Shown here in pieces: positions 51,334-64,000 of a DNA stretch of 64,000 nt. The notes beneath the pieces are model-generated. The model was not told where the DNA came from. It saw only the letters and a list, made by a program, of their open reading frames with translations, and did not search any database. Within the stretch, counting starts at the first letter, position 1. Every line of letters begins with the position of its first letter. A program made the translations under genes and the position numbers. The DNA comes from Paraspadella gotoi (lineage: Eukaryota; Animalia; Chaetognatha): assembly GCA_051294375.1 (NCBI GenBank), contig CM119263.1, positions 29,522,186-29,586,185 on the forward strand. The letters run 5' to 3'.

Positions 51334-53189
51334 AGCGAACTGAATTTAGTTTTTTTTTCGGGATGACGTGATTACTAAGGCGGAATAAAGTCAAAACTAA
51401 AGCAATTCTGCAANNNNNNNNNNNNNNNNNNNNNNNNNTGTAATTATAAAATGCAATTAAAATAAAAATTAAAGCACGGCACCCTTGTCGGTCCTTCGAC
51501 ACACCCATGCCTCTGTGTCTTCAACCCAACGCTGACGTTCGTTTTGGCTAACTATCCTGTACTTCAGGTAAAACTATATTATGTGTAAATATTATTAGGC
51601 ACCTCGGTATTTCTGACATCTTATAGTTAAACTTATTGGGTTATCCTTTATAGGAAGGACGTGGCAGTGTGATTTTGCGTTCTTCGATGACATTGCCAGG
51701 GAAATTATAAACATTGTCGGGAATGCACATCGCGCATATGGTTTCAAACTCGTAGCATCTCGTTACTGTGTTGATACCGGGGACTCACAACTTCCGCTAT
51801 CTAGATTGGACGAATCGCTAATTCATGTGACCAACCAAAGTGACAGAAACCAGGAATAAAGGTGAATTAATTAAATTATCAAAGAAAATTATATTGAGGG
51901 ATCGAGTTGTAAATATGCTCATTATTCCCCAGATTTATCAAGGCTACTATAAATGGTCATGCTTGTCTTTAATGTTTTTCTACTCAGAAACCGTAGACGG
52001 TTACATAAGTGAGAATGCGATTTGTGACGTCGTTTCCGATCATTTTTTCCTTGAGTAAATTTGTTTTATTTCAGTCCAGTTTTTCTTTTACCGTTCTAGT
52101 TGCTTTCTCATAGCTTTCTTTTCGGCCCAAAAACTCATACTTGTTATTCAATCAATCGTTTCTCTGGAAAAAAGACGGCGCGTATTGATCCGTACGTTTT
52201 TACCAGGAATACAAAGATTTTTTTACACAAATTAATTTTGCCATTTTTTTTTCTCTTCAAAAAATAAATTATGTTCAATTTATTCCACGATTTATTTGTC
52301 ATATATCGATAATTTACGTCATTCAATTTTGAAAACCTTGCTCCGTGTTAAAGCCAGAGCAACCTACGGCCGACGAATCGAAACTGCGCGACTCTCGAGG
52401 CATAGAAAACATAACTAAACATTTTCAATCCTAGTTCAAAAACACATAACATTTTGCGTATTTAATTCCGACTAATTACTACGAACTTGCTTTATTCTAA
52501 AGAATCAATTTTTTTTTCTCATATAAACACATTTGAAAATAATCAAGAATTAACCTTAAAAAATGAATTTCAATTCCGGTAGTTATTTGCCTTATTCAAA
52601 TTGCGCCGCTCATTGATGCTGCCAGTCGCTTTAGCGCTCTCTCCCCTTTTTTTGATCCAATTTAAAATTGAAAGGAGGGAAATATCTTTCGAATCAAAAA
52701 ATCGCCAATCCTCGCCAATTCATTTCAAAATCGGAATTGACGAAGTATCAGCGACTTTCCACCAAGAGAAGAAAAGGTCAAATTTGCGACGCGCTTTCTA
52801 CATCGATGTCGCGCGACTCCTTCGCCGTTACCTTCACGTCGTCTCCCATCGTCGTTCCGGTTACGATAATGGTCATGCTTCTTATGTAACTCTCTGGTTT
52901 TTAAGTAGAAGAGCAAGTGTGTGGTTTGCCCCATAATATTCTAAAAAAATGATGTTTTTGTGATATTTTTCTTTTTATCATAACTGAATTGTGATCCAGT
53001 CATACATTTTTGCCAACCTAATGATAAGTTTCTTTAAATAATTTTTTTTAATTATAGGCTCGCGATAATAATGTAAAAACATTATTATGGTTGTCGAGGA
53101 GCATAAGAAGAAGGGAAGATTAAGTAGTATCTCCACTAGTAGACGAAGATTTGACTTTGACCAGGAGGAGAAAGCCCACACTTAGTGTG

Positions 53190-53378
53190 CCCAGTGCGGT
53201 TCTGGGGAGATTTATCCATCTGTTGCTTTTTTTTTTGGCGAACTTCGGATGCGGCGGTAGGTTGACCTACGGTGGTTTAACCCACCCGTCACATATTTTT
53301 GACAGGACTGTTCCGACCAGGGCTAAAACCCGTGACCATTGGTTAAGAGATGATAAGCATTAGCCAAATGCGCCTATA
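53190..53378 (-). mobile_element. Degenerate tRNA-derived SINE
   Basis: Minus strand A-box-like aggcgcatttgg and B-box-like gggttttagccc at tRNA spacing, followed by a ggtcaac...catcc...gataaa body reminiscent of SINE central domains. Confidence 0.35.
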
Positions 53379-53969
53379 TTACAACGTGCTGATGACAGGA
53401 AGTTGTATTTCAAGGAGTTAATCTCTTCCTCTCTCTCTCTCTGAGGTTGATAGTCTGTTTATAAACAATTCAATACATGTGCTTATTGAATATTATTTGC
53501 CTCTTTAATTGTTTAATTTAACATTTGATAGAATTTGCTTTGTTACCGATTATTGCATTTTCTGTACGAAAAATAATAATAAATTTAAATACATGATTGA
53601 TAATCTTTCATCTTTCTTAATGAGTATGGAGCAAAGAAAAAAAATAGCTGTCACGTGACCTCTTTCAGCCATCAGAGAGCGAGAAAATAAATGATTTTAA
53701 GAGTTTCGTAATTTGGACAAAGAAATGTCTCGTGCTGGGTGATACTGAAAATTTTTTTAAATTTTTTTTTATTGCAGATCAGAAGATTGTATCATTAAAA
53801 TAGATTGCGGAAATCTCTTCCCTATTATAAATTTAAGTTAATTTTGGCCCGCCTTAGTGATTACGTAGTCACGTGATAACCTGGAAATGTACACGCGATA
53901 AGAAAGTCAACGCGGCGTAACACATTTCAATTACTCTTCTTGTTAAGAGATAACGATTTTTTGAGGACA

Positions 53970-54042
53970 AATGCGAACTTTTTGAGAAGTGCGTACTTTT
54001 TGAAGAGAAGTGCGAACTTTTTGAGGAGAAGTGCGGACTTTT
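53970..54042. repeat. 18-21-bp tandem repeat (gtgcgaactttttgagaa)
   Basis: About four copies read directly. Confidence 0.8.
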
Positions 54043-55186
54043 TGTTCTTAATTCGATTTTTTTCAGGACAAATGATCTTTGGGATTTTTTTTTGGCAGAA
54101 ACCGAATTTGGTGATTAAGGTTTTTTTTTTCTCTTTTTGGCAAAGTGAACAATTGGACTTGAAGTTGGTATATCGTGAAATATAGAAAGAAGATGACGCT
54201 TACAATATTAAAGAAGAAAAAAAAGAAACGAAATTAACCAACAAAAAAATTGGAACAACAACAACAACAAAAATCGTAAAAAAAGGGAAAAAATTTACGA
54301 TTCGATAAGAAAACAATAATAAAATATTTTCAATATAAAAAGTGGACGACAAAAAATTTAGATTCACGGNNNNNNNNNNNNNNNNNNNNNNNNNNNNNNN
54401 NNNNNNNNNNNNNNNNNNNNNNNNNNNNNNNNNNNNNNNNNNNNNNNNNNNNNNNNNNNNNNNNNNNNNNNNNNNNNNNNNNNNNNNNNNNNNNNNNNNN
54501 NNNNNNNNNNNNNNNNNNNNNNNNNNNNNNNNNNNNNNNNNNNNNNNNNNNNNNNNNNNNNNNNNNNNNNNNNNNNNNNNNNNNNNNNNNNNNNNNNNNN
54601 NNNNNNNNNNNNNNNNNNNNNNNNNNNNNNNNNNNNNNNNNNNNNNNNNNNNNNNNNNNNNNNNNNNNNNNNNNNNNNNNNNNNNNNNNNNNNNNNNNNN
54701 NNNNNNNNNNNNNNNNNNNNNNNNNNNNNNNNNNNNNNNNNNNNNNNNNNNNNNNNNNNNNNNNNNNNNNNNNNNNNNNNNNNNNNNNNNNNNNNNNNNN
54801 NNNNNNNNNNNNNNNNNNNNNNNNNNNNNNNNNNNNNNNNNNNNNNNNNNNNNNNNNNNNNNNNNNNNNNNNNNNNNNNNNNNNNNNNNNNNNTTCTTTT
54901 CATTTTCAATCCTTTTTAATTTAGTTGTTTTCAAATTAGTGCGGTTAGGTGAAGGCTTTGGCATTACCGTATTAAAATTGTAATAAAATGTATCTCGAAC
55001 AAATTTATTTAACTTTCAAACGCCAGTTAAACATCTGGTTCCAACGGTCGCGCGTTGGACCGGGGCGAGAGAAGAAGAGGACGAAAAATAGAGGAAAGCA
55101 GAGAGAGAATGGACTCCAGAAGAAGTGTGAGCAGAGAGGATGCATAACGATCAGACTGAGGAGAGACGATGAGAGGAGAGAGTGGA

Positions 55187-55226
<40 letters not shown>

Positions 55227-55540
55227 CAAAGACTCGATTTATCGTCGCTCTAAAATTAATTCAATAGCATTCATTGACGTCAGAGTGAATTTCGTTTGGG
55301 AGCAAAACCAATAATGGTTAAAGCAGAGTCTCACAAAACAAATTAGACTTAAACTAATTTAAGTAATATACTTTAAGTAAGATATTATCACTGCTTCTTG
55401 TTTTGAGTCAATGGTTCCTACATAATTGATGAAGACGGCGAAAAGCCCTTAGCGTGGTCGCCATTGAACTAAGGTCAGTTGCCCTCATGTCTCAAAACAA
55501 AGAGCAGCCGCACAAAAGAAAATACAAAAAAGGAAAATAT

Positions 55541-55612
55541 TACCTTAGGCGGGAATCGAACCCAAACTGTTTTAATCAGAAGGTAAAGATCTTAGCCAAG
55601 TCGCCATAAGGC
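55541..55612 (-). pseudogene. tRNA-like element (tRNA pseudogene or SINE head)
   Basis: Minus strand GCCTTA TGGCGACTTGG (A box)...GGTTCGATTCC (B box)...TAAGGT-A; acceptor-like stem GCCTTA/TAAGGT, imperfect anticodon arm around CTTCTGA, T-runs immediately downstream. Confidence 0.6.
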
Positions 55613-55683
55613 AGCCGAAACACCCATCGCCAAGTTAGTTTGAATATGTCCGATATTAATTCGCATATTTAATCATGAATGGG

Positions 55684-55802
<119 letters not shown>

Positions 55803-58218
55803 CCTTCGTTGTAAGAGAAAAAGATTCGATTATTCTCCATCTTTTTTTTTCCCTTTTTCAACTTTCGTACGATTTTTATTTTTTTGAGCAAAATAGAGAA
55901 AAAAATTAAATTAAATTGAATTAAAATTCTCCGGAATTTTAAAACGAGATAAAAGGGATAAAACTCAATGGGAAAAAATGTTCGCTCGTCGTGGGTATGA
56001 ATGAATGAATCAATGAATCAATGAATCAATGAATGAATTTTTACATTAATGAACGACGGTTTTTTTTTTAAATCTTATTCGTTTTCACCCTTTCTATTCT
56101 CCATCATTTTTATAGTTTTTCTTCTTTTGAGAAATTTTTTGTCTTTTTCGTAACTTAAAGAAGGCATTATTCTGTCAGTTTCAAAGCCAGGGGTTTATTT
56201 ATTAAATTAATGGATAATTTTTATATTGATTGTACCAGTTTAATTCAATTTCAGGGACCCTCTTGGAAAACCCACTTATTATTTCAGCCAAGGCGAGAGA
56301 ATGGTCACTTTAAACCACCCAGGTGATGAAAATCGACCACCCAGGGTCCGACGCCACTATAATTGGAACGATATGATTCTCCGCGACTCGATTTTAAAAC
56401 CAGAAATATTTCTTCCTCTTTCTCTTCTTATCCATGCTATATTTTTTTTTCGCTCGGTCTCTTACCTCTTTCTATCCTAATTTCTTGATGTAATTTTGTT
56501 ACCTTATATCTTCATCCTCTCAACCTCTCTATTTTCCTATCTATCGAACTTCTCTCTCTTTCGCCCATAATAGGCACAACGTCATAGAAAATGCAATCGA
56601 CGACGACGACGACGACGACGAAGATGAATAAGCGATGAGGGGGGGGGGAGGCATGGATTTAACGAGGCCGGATGTAGCGAGGTGATGGATTTAAGAAGGC
56701 CGGATTTAGTAAAATAAATATAGATTATAGGCCAGATTTAGCGAGGAGAAGGATTTAGGCCGGATTAATTTCATTCATTTAAATATTTTTTTAAAATAAT
56801 AAAAAAACATTTTCTTAAAAAAAAACGCCTTCTACACTACGGGCGCTATAACATGTTGTGTAAGCGGAGGAGGTCTTAGGGGAAAAAAAGGTAGTAAGTG
56901 TTTAGAGACGTTTGGGTGAGTTAAAAAGGTAAGTGGAGATGAGTGAATCGTTTTCATGAGTGAACCATTTTAGCTTGAAATCAAATTTAATAATTAAGTT
57001 AATAATTAATTAGATTATGATTAATTAATTAATTAATAATTAAGTTAAGGATATGGATTACGGTTAGGGGAATAGTTTGTTAATAATTAAATAATTATTT
57101 ATTAATTAATTAATAATTAAGTTACGGTTAGGGATTCGGTGAGGGGAATAGCTTAGGGATTCGGTTTCGGATTGGGGATTTTGGTTAGGAAAGAGACAGG
57201 GATTAGTTATTAAGGTGAGGGTAATAGATAAGGGTTTTTAAAAAAGTTTAAGGATTACTAAACAGCAAACAGTTATCACTCTTCCGTTGAGTGGTGGCAT
57301 AAAAAGTAAAGGAGCGTTGGTACATCGGTGAAAGAGAAGCGAATAAGAGAGACACTCCCTTTTAAACCGGTAGACTCGACAGGGGGGGCGTGGGGGGGGG
57401 GAGTGAGGAACGAAGAGTTTGAGGTTTACCCCTCGAGGGGAAAAAGGCTCAATAACCTCGAAAATAACCTGGAAGATTTTGAAAAATCGCATCAATTTTA
57501 AAGGAGGACGTCGTCGTTGTCGTTGTTGTTGTGGATTCTGCGAAGAGGGCGCGTCCGTCGAGATTGAGGGGAATTGATGAAAATAACAAAAGACAAGCGG
57601 GAGATGAATGATGAAGGATGGAATTTGAAAAGGGGAAAAAAAAGAGGTCGTATACTGTATAGTGTGTTAAGAAAAGGTGAAACTAAGGAGAAAAAAAAAA
57701 GGGAACAAAGAATTTGAACGAGTAAAATTTAAAAAAAGAAGAAAATAAACAAAAGGAATTGTAAGACAAAATCGATGGATGGATGGAAGAAAGGAAGAAA
57801 GGGAGGAAGGAAGGAAGGAACGACCAACCGACCAACCGACCGAACGATCGAACGAACGAACGAACGAAAGTAAGAAAGAACAAAGAAACGAACGAAAGAA
57901 CAAAGGATCGAACTACGATGATGAGGAAGATTCTAGTTTCTTTTAATGAATGAAAAGAAATAAAATTTTCATTCGCAAATTTCAAATGTGTTTGAATCGA
58001 TAAAGAGAACCGACAAAAGACTAAAAAAAGAATCGTCAAACGGAATTAATGGAACCGACGACGACGATAACGAAGACGACGATAACGAAGACGACGACGA
58101 TAACGAAGACGACGGAAGCAGCGACTTTAAGATAACTGCGTCAATGTCAAGAAATATCGATCGATTCACAAGATGGCAAAAAGATATTGTGGCAATTTTT
58201 AAACTTTAAGCTTTATAT

Positions 58219-58281
58219 TTAGTTCGTTTTACAAACTTGATTAAAAACTTAGTTCGTTTTACAAACTTGATTAAAAACTTT
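58219..58281. repeat. 31-bp perfect tandem duplication
   Basis: ttagttcgttttacaaacttgattaaaaact x2. Confidence 0.9.
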
Positions 58282-59799
58282 ACTCAAATTTCATATATTT
58301 TTATGTATTTGTTTGACATGTTATATTTTTATCATTTCATTATTTCGCCGCAAAATATTTTTGTAGAAAAAACAAATTCACCAGAGGAAAGTTTAGCAAA
58401 TATTGTTTTAGTTCCGCGAATAATGAAATTGATGACAAGAAAATTGCATGTCGGATAGGACAAAAGTAAACTTTAGGAGGGAAAGTTAAACGAAAAAAAG
58501 GGACAGATTAAAGATAATGAAATGGGTTTTTATGAATTACAAGAAAGAAACGTTTAATAGATTTTAAAATTAAAAGCTTTTAAGAAAAAAATGTTAATAA
58601 ATAAAAAGGAAAGATGAAGAAAAAGTTGAAAATAAAAAAAATGCAAAATGGAGGAAAGCAATGTTAGACATAAGTTAAATTTGAAATTTATAAGGGTAAA
58701 TTATACATATATAATGTGTCCAGTTGTATCCATGGCGACGAAAAAAAAACTTGATCAACAATTAATCGCTGAATGTACGATATAACGATAAAAACTTGAT
58801 TACGTTTTTAACTAAATAAAAAATTAATATTATTACGTTCCGAGTCATTTAGCAATGCGGAGAATTTTAATTAAAAACGGCGTATTTTCGCGCACGTTCA
58901 CTCGCTCGTCATTAAAGGCAAACATTGAGAGATTTTAATTAAAAAAGCACAAAATAAATAACAGAAAGCGAGAGAGAGAGACAGGAGAGGAGAAGAGAGA
59001 GAGAGTGGAAGAGAGAGCAGAGAGGAGAGAGAGAGACGAGAGATTGTCCGAACCGACGAGGAGGAAGAGACGAGAAGCTCAATTAAAACGCGTTTGAATG
59101 GAACTAAGAGATGCGTTGAATGACCGATGATTGCAAAAATCATACGTTTTCTGTTTTCGAAAAAAAAAAAAATCTCTCAAAAAAAAAAAATTGTTTAAAT
59201 TTTTTAAAATTGCAGATTTTAATGAGTAAATGTTTTTCTAAATTTCATCGTCTGTCGCTTTGTTATTTTGTAATAATATAAAGATAATGAAAGAATATTC
59301 AACAGTAAACTAATAAATATTAATCACAATTATTCACAAAGGAAAAAGTAACAAGACGCAATAGATCACAAAGTATTAATTGGCTCTCTCTTACATCCAT
59401 TCCCAAACGTGAATGAGAAATGTTTACACTCTTTGTACATATATTAAAGTCTTTTGTTTACATGCAGCTTCTTTCCGCAGCCGACGGACAGCAGACGACG
59501 GGCCCCACTGACCGAACGGGCCGTATTGAATATAAGTGGTCGTCAGGACTTTACAATAACTGTCATCAAGCTCTCCTTACCTTAATTAAAAAAACCACCT
59601 GCTAAAAAATCTTGGCGACTGCAAGCAATCACCAAGCATTAGCCCCATGTTGCAAGCGTTGAAGAGGGTCTAAGCTCAATGGTCATCAGTGAACGTCACA
59701 GTGACGTTTCAATGTCACGTCAAAAGTCACGCGTCTTCTTCCGACCGACCGACTGCCAATCGTTAACGGCATCACCCAGAGACTCCTGGCGACACACGT

Positions 59800-60181
59800 C
59801 TCATCCGGGGTCACCCGGCATCATCCTGCTTACTTTGCCGTCATCCGGCGTCAACCGGCGTCATCCGGCGTCAACCGGCGTCATCCAAATCAGTCGGCGT
59901 CATTTTGAGTCAACCGGGGTATTCCCGCGTCAACCGGCGCCATTGAGCCTCAACCGGCGTAATTCGGCATCATTTAGCGTCAACCGGCGTCTAACGGCGT
60001 CATCCAGCGTCATCCAGTGTAAAACAGCGTCATCCGGCGTCAACCGGCGTCATCCATCGTCAACCAGCGTCATTTAGCGTCAACCGGCGTCTTCCGGCGT
60101 CATCCCGAGTCAACCGGCGTCTTCCATCATCATCCAGCGTCATCCGACGTAACCCGGCGTCACCCGGCGTCATCCGGCGTC
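59800..60181. repeat. 10-bp minisatellite (ccggcgtca[t/a])
   Basis: More than 30 degenerate copies; explains ORF 59679-60077. Confidence 0.92.
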
Positions 60182-60675
60182 TACAAGCGTGAGGCGGCGT
60201 CTCCCAAGATCGTCCACCGTCACGCGCGCCCTCTTTCGTCGAGACTCGAGAGAGACGAAAGACGCGATTCGTATTCGTTGGTTTCGCGATTACGATTCAG
60301 TCTTTTCCACATCCGGGATTCTGTGGATGAGGGAGAAAATGGCAGANNNNNNNNNNNNNNNNNNNNNNNNNNNNNNNNNNNNNNNNNNNNNNNNNNNNNN
60401 NNNNNNNNNNNNNNNNNNNNNNNNNNNNNNNNNNNNNNNNNNNNNNNNNNNNNNNNNNNNNNNNNNNNNNNNNNNNNNNNNNNNNNNNNNNNNNNNNNNN
60501 NNNNNNNNNNNNNNNNNNNNNNNNNNNNNNNNNNNNNNNNNNNNNNNNNNNNNNNNNNNNNNNNNNNNNNNNNNNNNNNNNNNNNNNNNNNNNNNNNNNN
60601 NNNNNNNNNNNNNNNNNNNNNNNNNNNNNNNNNNNNNNNNNNNNNNNNNNNNNNNNNNNNNNNNNNNNNNNNNNN

Positions 60676-60710
<35 letters not shown>

Positions 60711-61582
60711 GAAGAGAGAGACGACGGCGGAGGAAGCTAAAGCGTTTGGGACGTCATGCTAAGGAGAGATATTGCGAAAGGCGACGGAGCGACGAAAATC
60801 GGNNNNNNNNNNNNNNNNNNNNNNNNNNNNNNNNNNNNNNNNNNNNNNNNNNNNNNNNNNNNNNNNNNNNNNNNNNNNNNNNNNNNNNNNNNNNNNNNNN
60901 NNNNNNNNNNNNNNNNNNNNNNNNNNNNNNNNNNNNNNNNNNNNNNNNNNNNNNNNNNNNNNNNNNNNNNNNNNNNNNNNNNNNNNNNNNNNNNNNNNNN
61001 NNNNNNNNNNNNNNNNNNNNNNNNNNNNNNNNNNNNNNNNNNNNNNNNNNNNNNNNNNNNNNNNNNNNNNNNNNNNNNNNNNNNNNNNNNNGAAGAGTTT
61101 GTCGGCTTAAAGATCGGAATTTCGTTCCTGTCGATGAAACTCTTGAAAAGGATCTTCTTCTTAGTCTTTTCCTTCTCTCTCTTCCTCTTTCTCCTCTTTT
61201 TCTTTCTTCCTCTTTCTCCTCTTTCTCTATATTACTTCTCTCTCTTCCTATTTCTCTCTCTTCCTCTTTCTCTTTCTTTCTTCTCTCTCTTCCTCTTTCT
61301 CCTCTTTCTCTATCTTCCTTCTCTCTCTTCTTCTTTCATCTCTTTCTATATCTTTCTTCTCTCTCTTCTTCTTTCTCCTCTTCTTATTCTTCCTCCTCTT
61401 AATCCTCCTCCCCCTCGTCTTCTTTTTTCCTCTTCCTTCTTTTCTTCTTTCCCCCTTTTTCCTTCTCTCTTCTTCCTCCTTCTCCTCCTCCTCCTCCTCC
61501 TCCTCCTCTTCATCGAACCCCTTTCAAGTTGAAGTTCAACTTGGATTGATTTACGAGACTCATCCGCGTCAAGGATCGAAAA

Positions 61583-61812
61583 CGATGGCGAAGATGGTGA
61601 CAAATGGCAATCGAAGATGGCAAAAATAAGCAATCAAGATGGCAAAAAAATCAGTCGTAGATGGCAAAAAAAGGCAATCAAAGATGCCAAAAAAATATAT
61701 ATATATTGTAGATGGTAAAAAAGAAATTTAAAATGGAAAAAAATAGCAATTTTAGATGGCAAAAAAATACAATCGTAGATGGCAATAAAGAGCAATCGAA
61801 GATGGCAAAAAA
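61583..61812. repeat. ~21-bp minisatellite (agatggcaaaaaaa...caatcg)
   Basis: About 10 copies of agatgg(c/t)aaaa at regular spacing. Confidence 0.85.
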
Positions 61813-62514
61813 TAACTGAAGACGAAAATCATTTAGTTAAATCATTGATGGCGCAATAAAATTAGAATTGGTAAAGCCATAAAATACGTATAACTCTTTT
61901 TTTCCCCTTTTTCTTGTCAAAAAGCAGCTTTTCTGCTCCTACGTGTTTCTAACTTTCTTTCTACAATACTTTTCCATTGCTCTTTAGCAATTTGACCTCA
62001 CTGCTTTTTCACTCTCGTATTTTCCTACTTATAACCGATTTTAACTTCAGTTGTTGTTCTTCCGCTTCTTTTCTCGCTTCTATTCCCGCTTCTTTTCCCG
62101 CTTCTTTTCCCACTTCTTTTCCCGCCCCCACTTGTGCCAATTTTCAGCGCCTTTCCACCTCTTTTCAACTGCTCCTTTTCCTCCCTTTTCGCTGCTCCTT
62201 TCCCCCCATTTTCAACTGCTCCTCCTCCTTCCCGCTGCTCCTTTTCCCCCTTTTCAACTGCTCCTTTCCCCGTTCTTCCGCTCCATCAAATCGCTTTTCC
62301 CCCTCGACGGAAAATTTTTGTTTGTTTGGGTGACGAGGGAGATTTTGATCTTCTGCCGAAAGAGGGCGCGAGGGAGGAGTGGGAGGAGGAGGAGGAAGAG
62401 GAGGAAGAGGAGGAGGATGTGAAGAAGTATGTGAACAAGTTGAATGCATCTTTAGATCACTGATGCTCAGATACACTGATACTCTGTCTTGATAGAAAGC
62501 TTGCACGGTCCTGC

Positions 62515-62736
62515 TTATGAAATTGGTATAACCAATATAGATATTAACCATTCATTTAATAAACAAGCTATCTTGTCCCTGACTTAGGATGGGCTTTGGT
62601 AGTTTAAGGCCTATTTTGTCATCTTGTTAGAGAGATGAAGGCATTAACCAATCATAGCCATTAGTTAGTCAAGTGGCAAGATAGCTTATTTTTTAAATGA
62701 ATGGATTATTTTATATTGACTGTACTAATTTCATTA
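62515..62736. mobile_element. MITE, 222 bp, with ~62-bp imperfect TIRs (same family as 1284-3124)
   Basis: ttatgaaattggtataaccaatata...aagctatcttg pairs with caagatagctt...tatattgactgtactaatttcatta. Solo ends of the same family lie at ~49750-49820 and ~56195-56243. Confidence 0.8.
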
Positions 62737-63619
62737 TAGTTGCTGAATAATTTGTTGCGATTACTCAGATCATGGCATAAGTAAAATGTTAAAATTTGAC
62801 TACATTAGGATATAATGGACGCAAACTAAGTCCTTTTTAGGGTCTATATTAAGTATAAGTTTATAACAATTCTTTTTTGAAGTTACAGTTGATTTTAACC
62901 CATTATTTTATTATACTTATACAATTGTTTACAATATAGTAGTTATATTTTCTTCTTCCCAATCTCATTGGCAACCCCCCCCCAATTCCACCGCCTCCTT
63001 TCAAGCCGGAACCCATTCCATCGTCTTCTCCGCCGGCGCCGCCACCGCCGCCCATCTGGCGCCGCTAAATCGGCGTCGCCGGCGCCACCAATCATCATCT
63101 AGATTAAGCAACGGCGCCATTAGCTTCGACGCAGCTCCGAGAGAGAGAGAGAGAGAGAGACCGGCGTCGTTCGGCGGTTGACCCCGGCGCGGTGGCGCGC
63201 TAATTTCCGGTCCCGATGGCGTTATTGGTTTTGGGGAGAGGAGGAGAGGGTGTCGGGGGAGGAGAGAAGGTTGGGGTGGGGAGGAAGAGGAGGAGGAGGA
63301 GGAGGAAGAGGGAGAGAGGGAGAGGAAGAGAGATAGAGGGGTAGATCTTAGAAGAAGATAATAACAATAACAATCTTATATCAAACATGAGACAGCCTCT
63401 CGGAATAAGAAAAAAGCTACAAAACTACGCAGAAAAATTGAAATATTAATTAGAAAACTAAATTTGTAAACACGATTAAAAAACTATTGCTAAAATTTAT
63501 AAAATAAAATGCTACAATATGTAAATGAATTTAAGAACTCAATCTCATTTGAAATGAAACACAAGTTAATCTGCTACAGGGGGATGAAGATGGAGAAGGG
63601 AGAAGGAGGAATTAGAAAT

Positions 63620-63810
63620 AAGGGGAGGGGAGAGGGAGAAGGGATTGTTGGGGATTGGGGGAGGAGGGGAGAGGGAGAAGGGATTGTTGGGGATTTGGGG
63701 GGAGGCAGGGGACGGGCAGAAGGGATTGTAGGGGATTGGGGAGGGAAGGGAGAAGGATTGTAGGGATTGGGGAAGAGGGGAGAGGGAGAAGGATTGTTGG
63801 GGATAGGGGG
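63620..63810. repeat. G-rich minisatellite (gggagaagggattgttggggattgggg)
   Basis: About five copies read directly. Confidence 0.85.
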
Positions 63811-64000
63811 GAGAGGAAGGAGAAGGGAGGAGAAGGTGAGGATGGGAAGGTGGGAATAGGGGTTAGGGGAGGAGCATTGGGTAGTTTCAAGAAAAGGATG
63901 GGGAGATAATACCGATTGGGAAGATTATGGTGATAGAAAAGAAAAGAACCTGTGAACGGACAGGAAAGATGAGTTGAGGCTAAAAAGTGACTCCACAATT

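Noticed and set aside
57050-57235. TTAGGG-like motifs as telomeric repeat (also 44042-44082)
   Set aside because: Few, degenerate and interstitial; the 44-kb set lies inside a MITE.

Overview
Repeat-rich eukaryotic (probably invertebrate animal) scaffold with many N gaps, (AG)n/(ACG)n/(ATC)n microsatellites and several noisy duplicated blocks that look like unpolished long-read gap fills. Most listed ORFs are microsatellite artefacts. The one clear protein-coding locus is a spliced + strand gene at about 25.5-29.2 kb, recovered by manual translation across single-base indels. It encodes two tandem degenerate DZIP3-like HEPN domains, an IRE1/RNase L-type kinase (VAIK, HRD, DFG, SPE motifs), a KEN ribonuclease (LRRCLRNIFTH), two ubiquitin-like domains and an acidic tail resembling the ribosomal P-stalk C-terminus. 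This architecture is neither canonical IRE1 nor RNase L and is the best candidate for an undescribed system. The window also holds several non-autonomous TIR elements (two with an apparent empty-site copy nearby), a Penelope-type minimal hammerhead ribozyme, tRNA-derived SINE heads, minisatellites and a probable CRESS-DNA-virus Rep helicase fragment. All domain calls come from motif recognition by eye; no searches were run.
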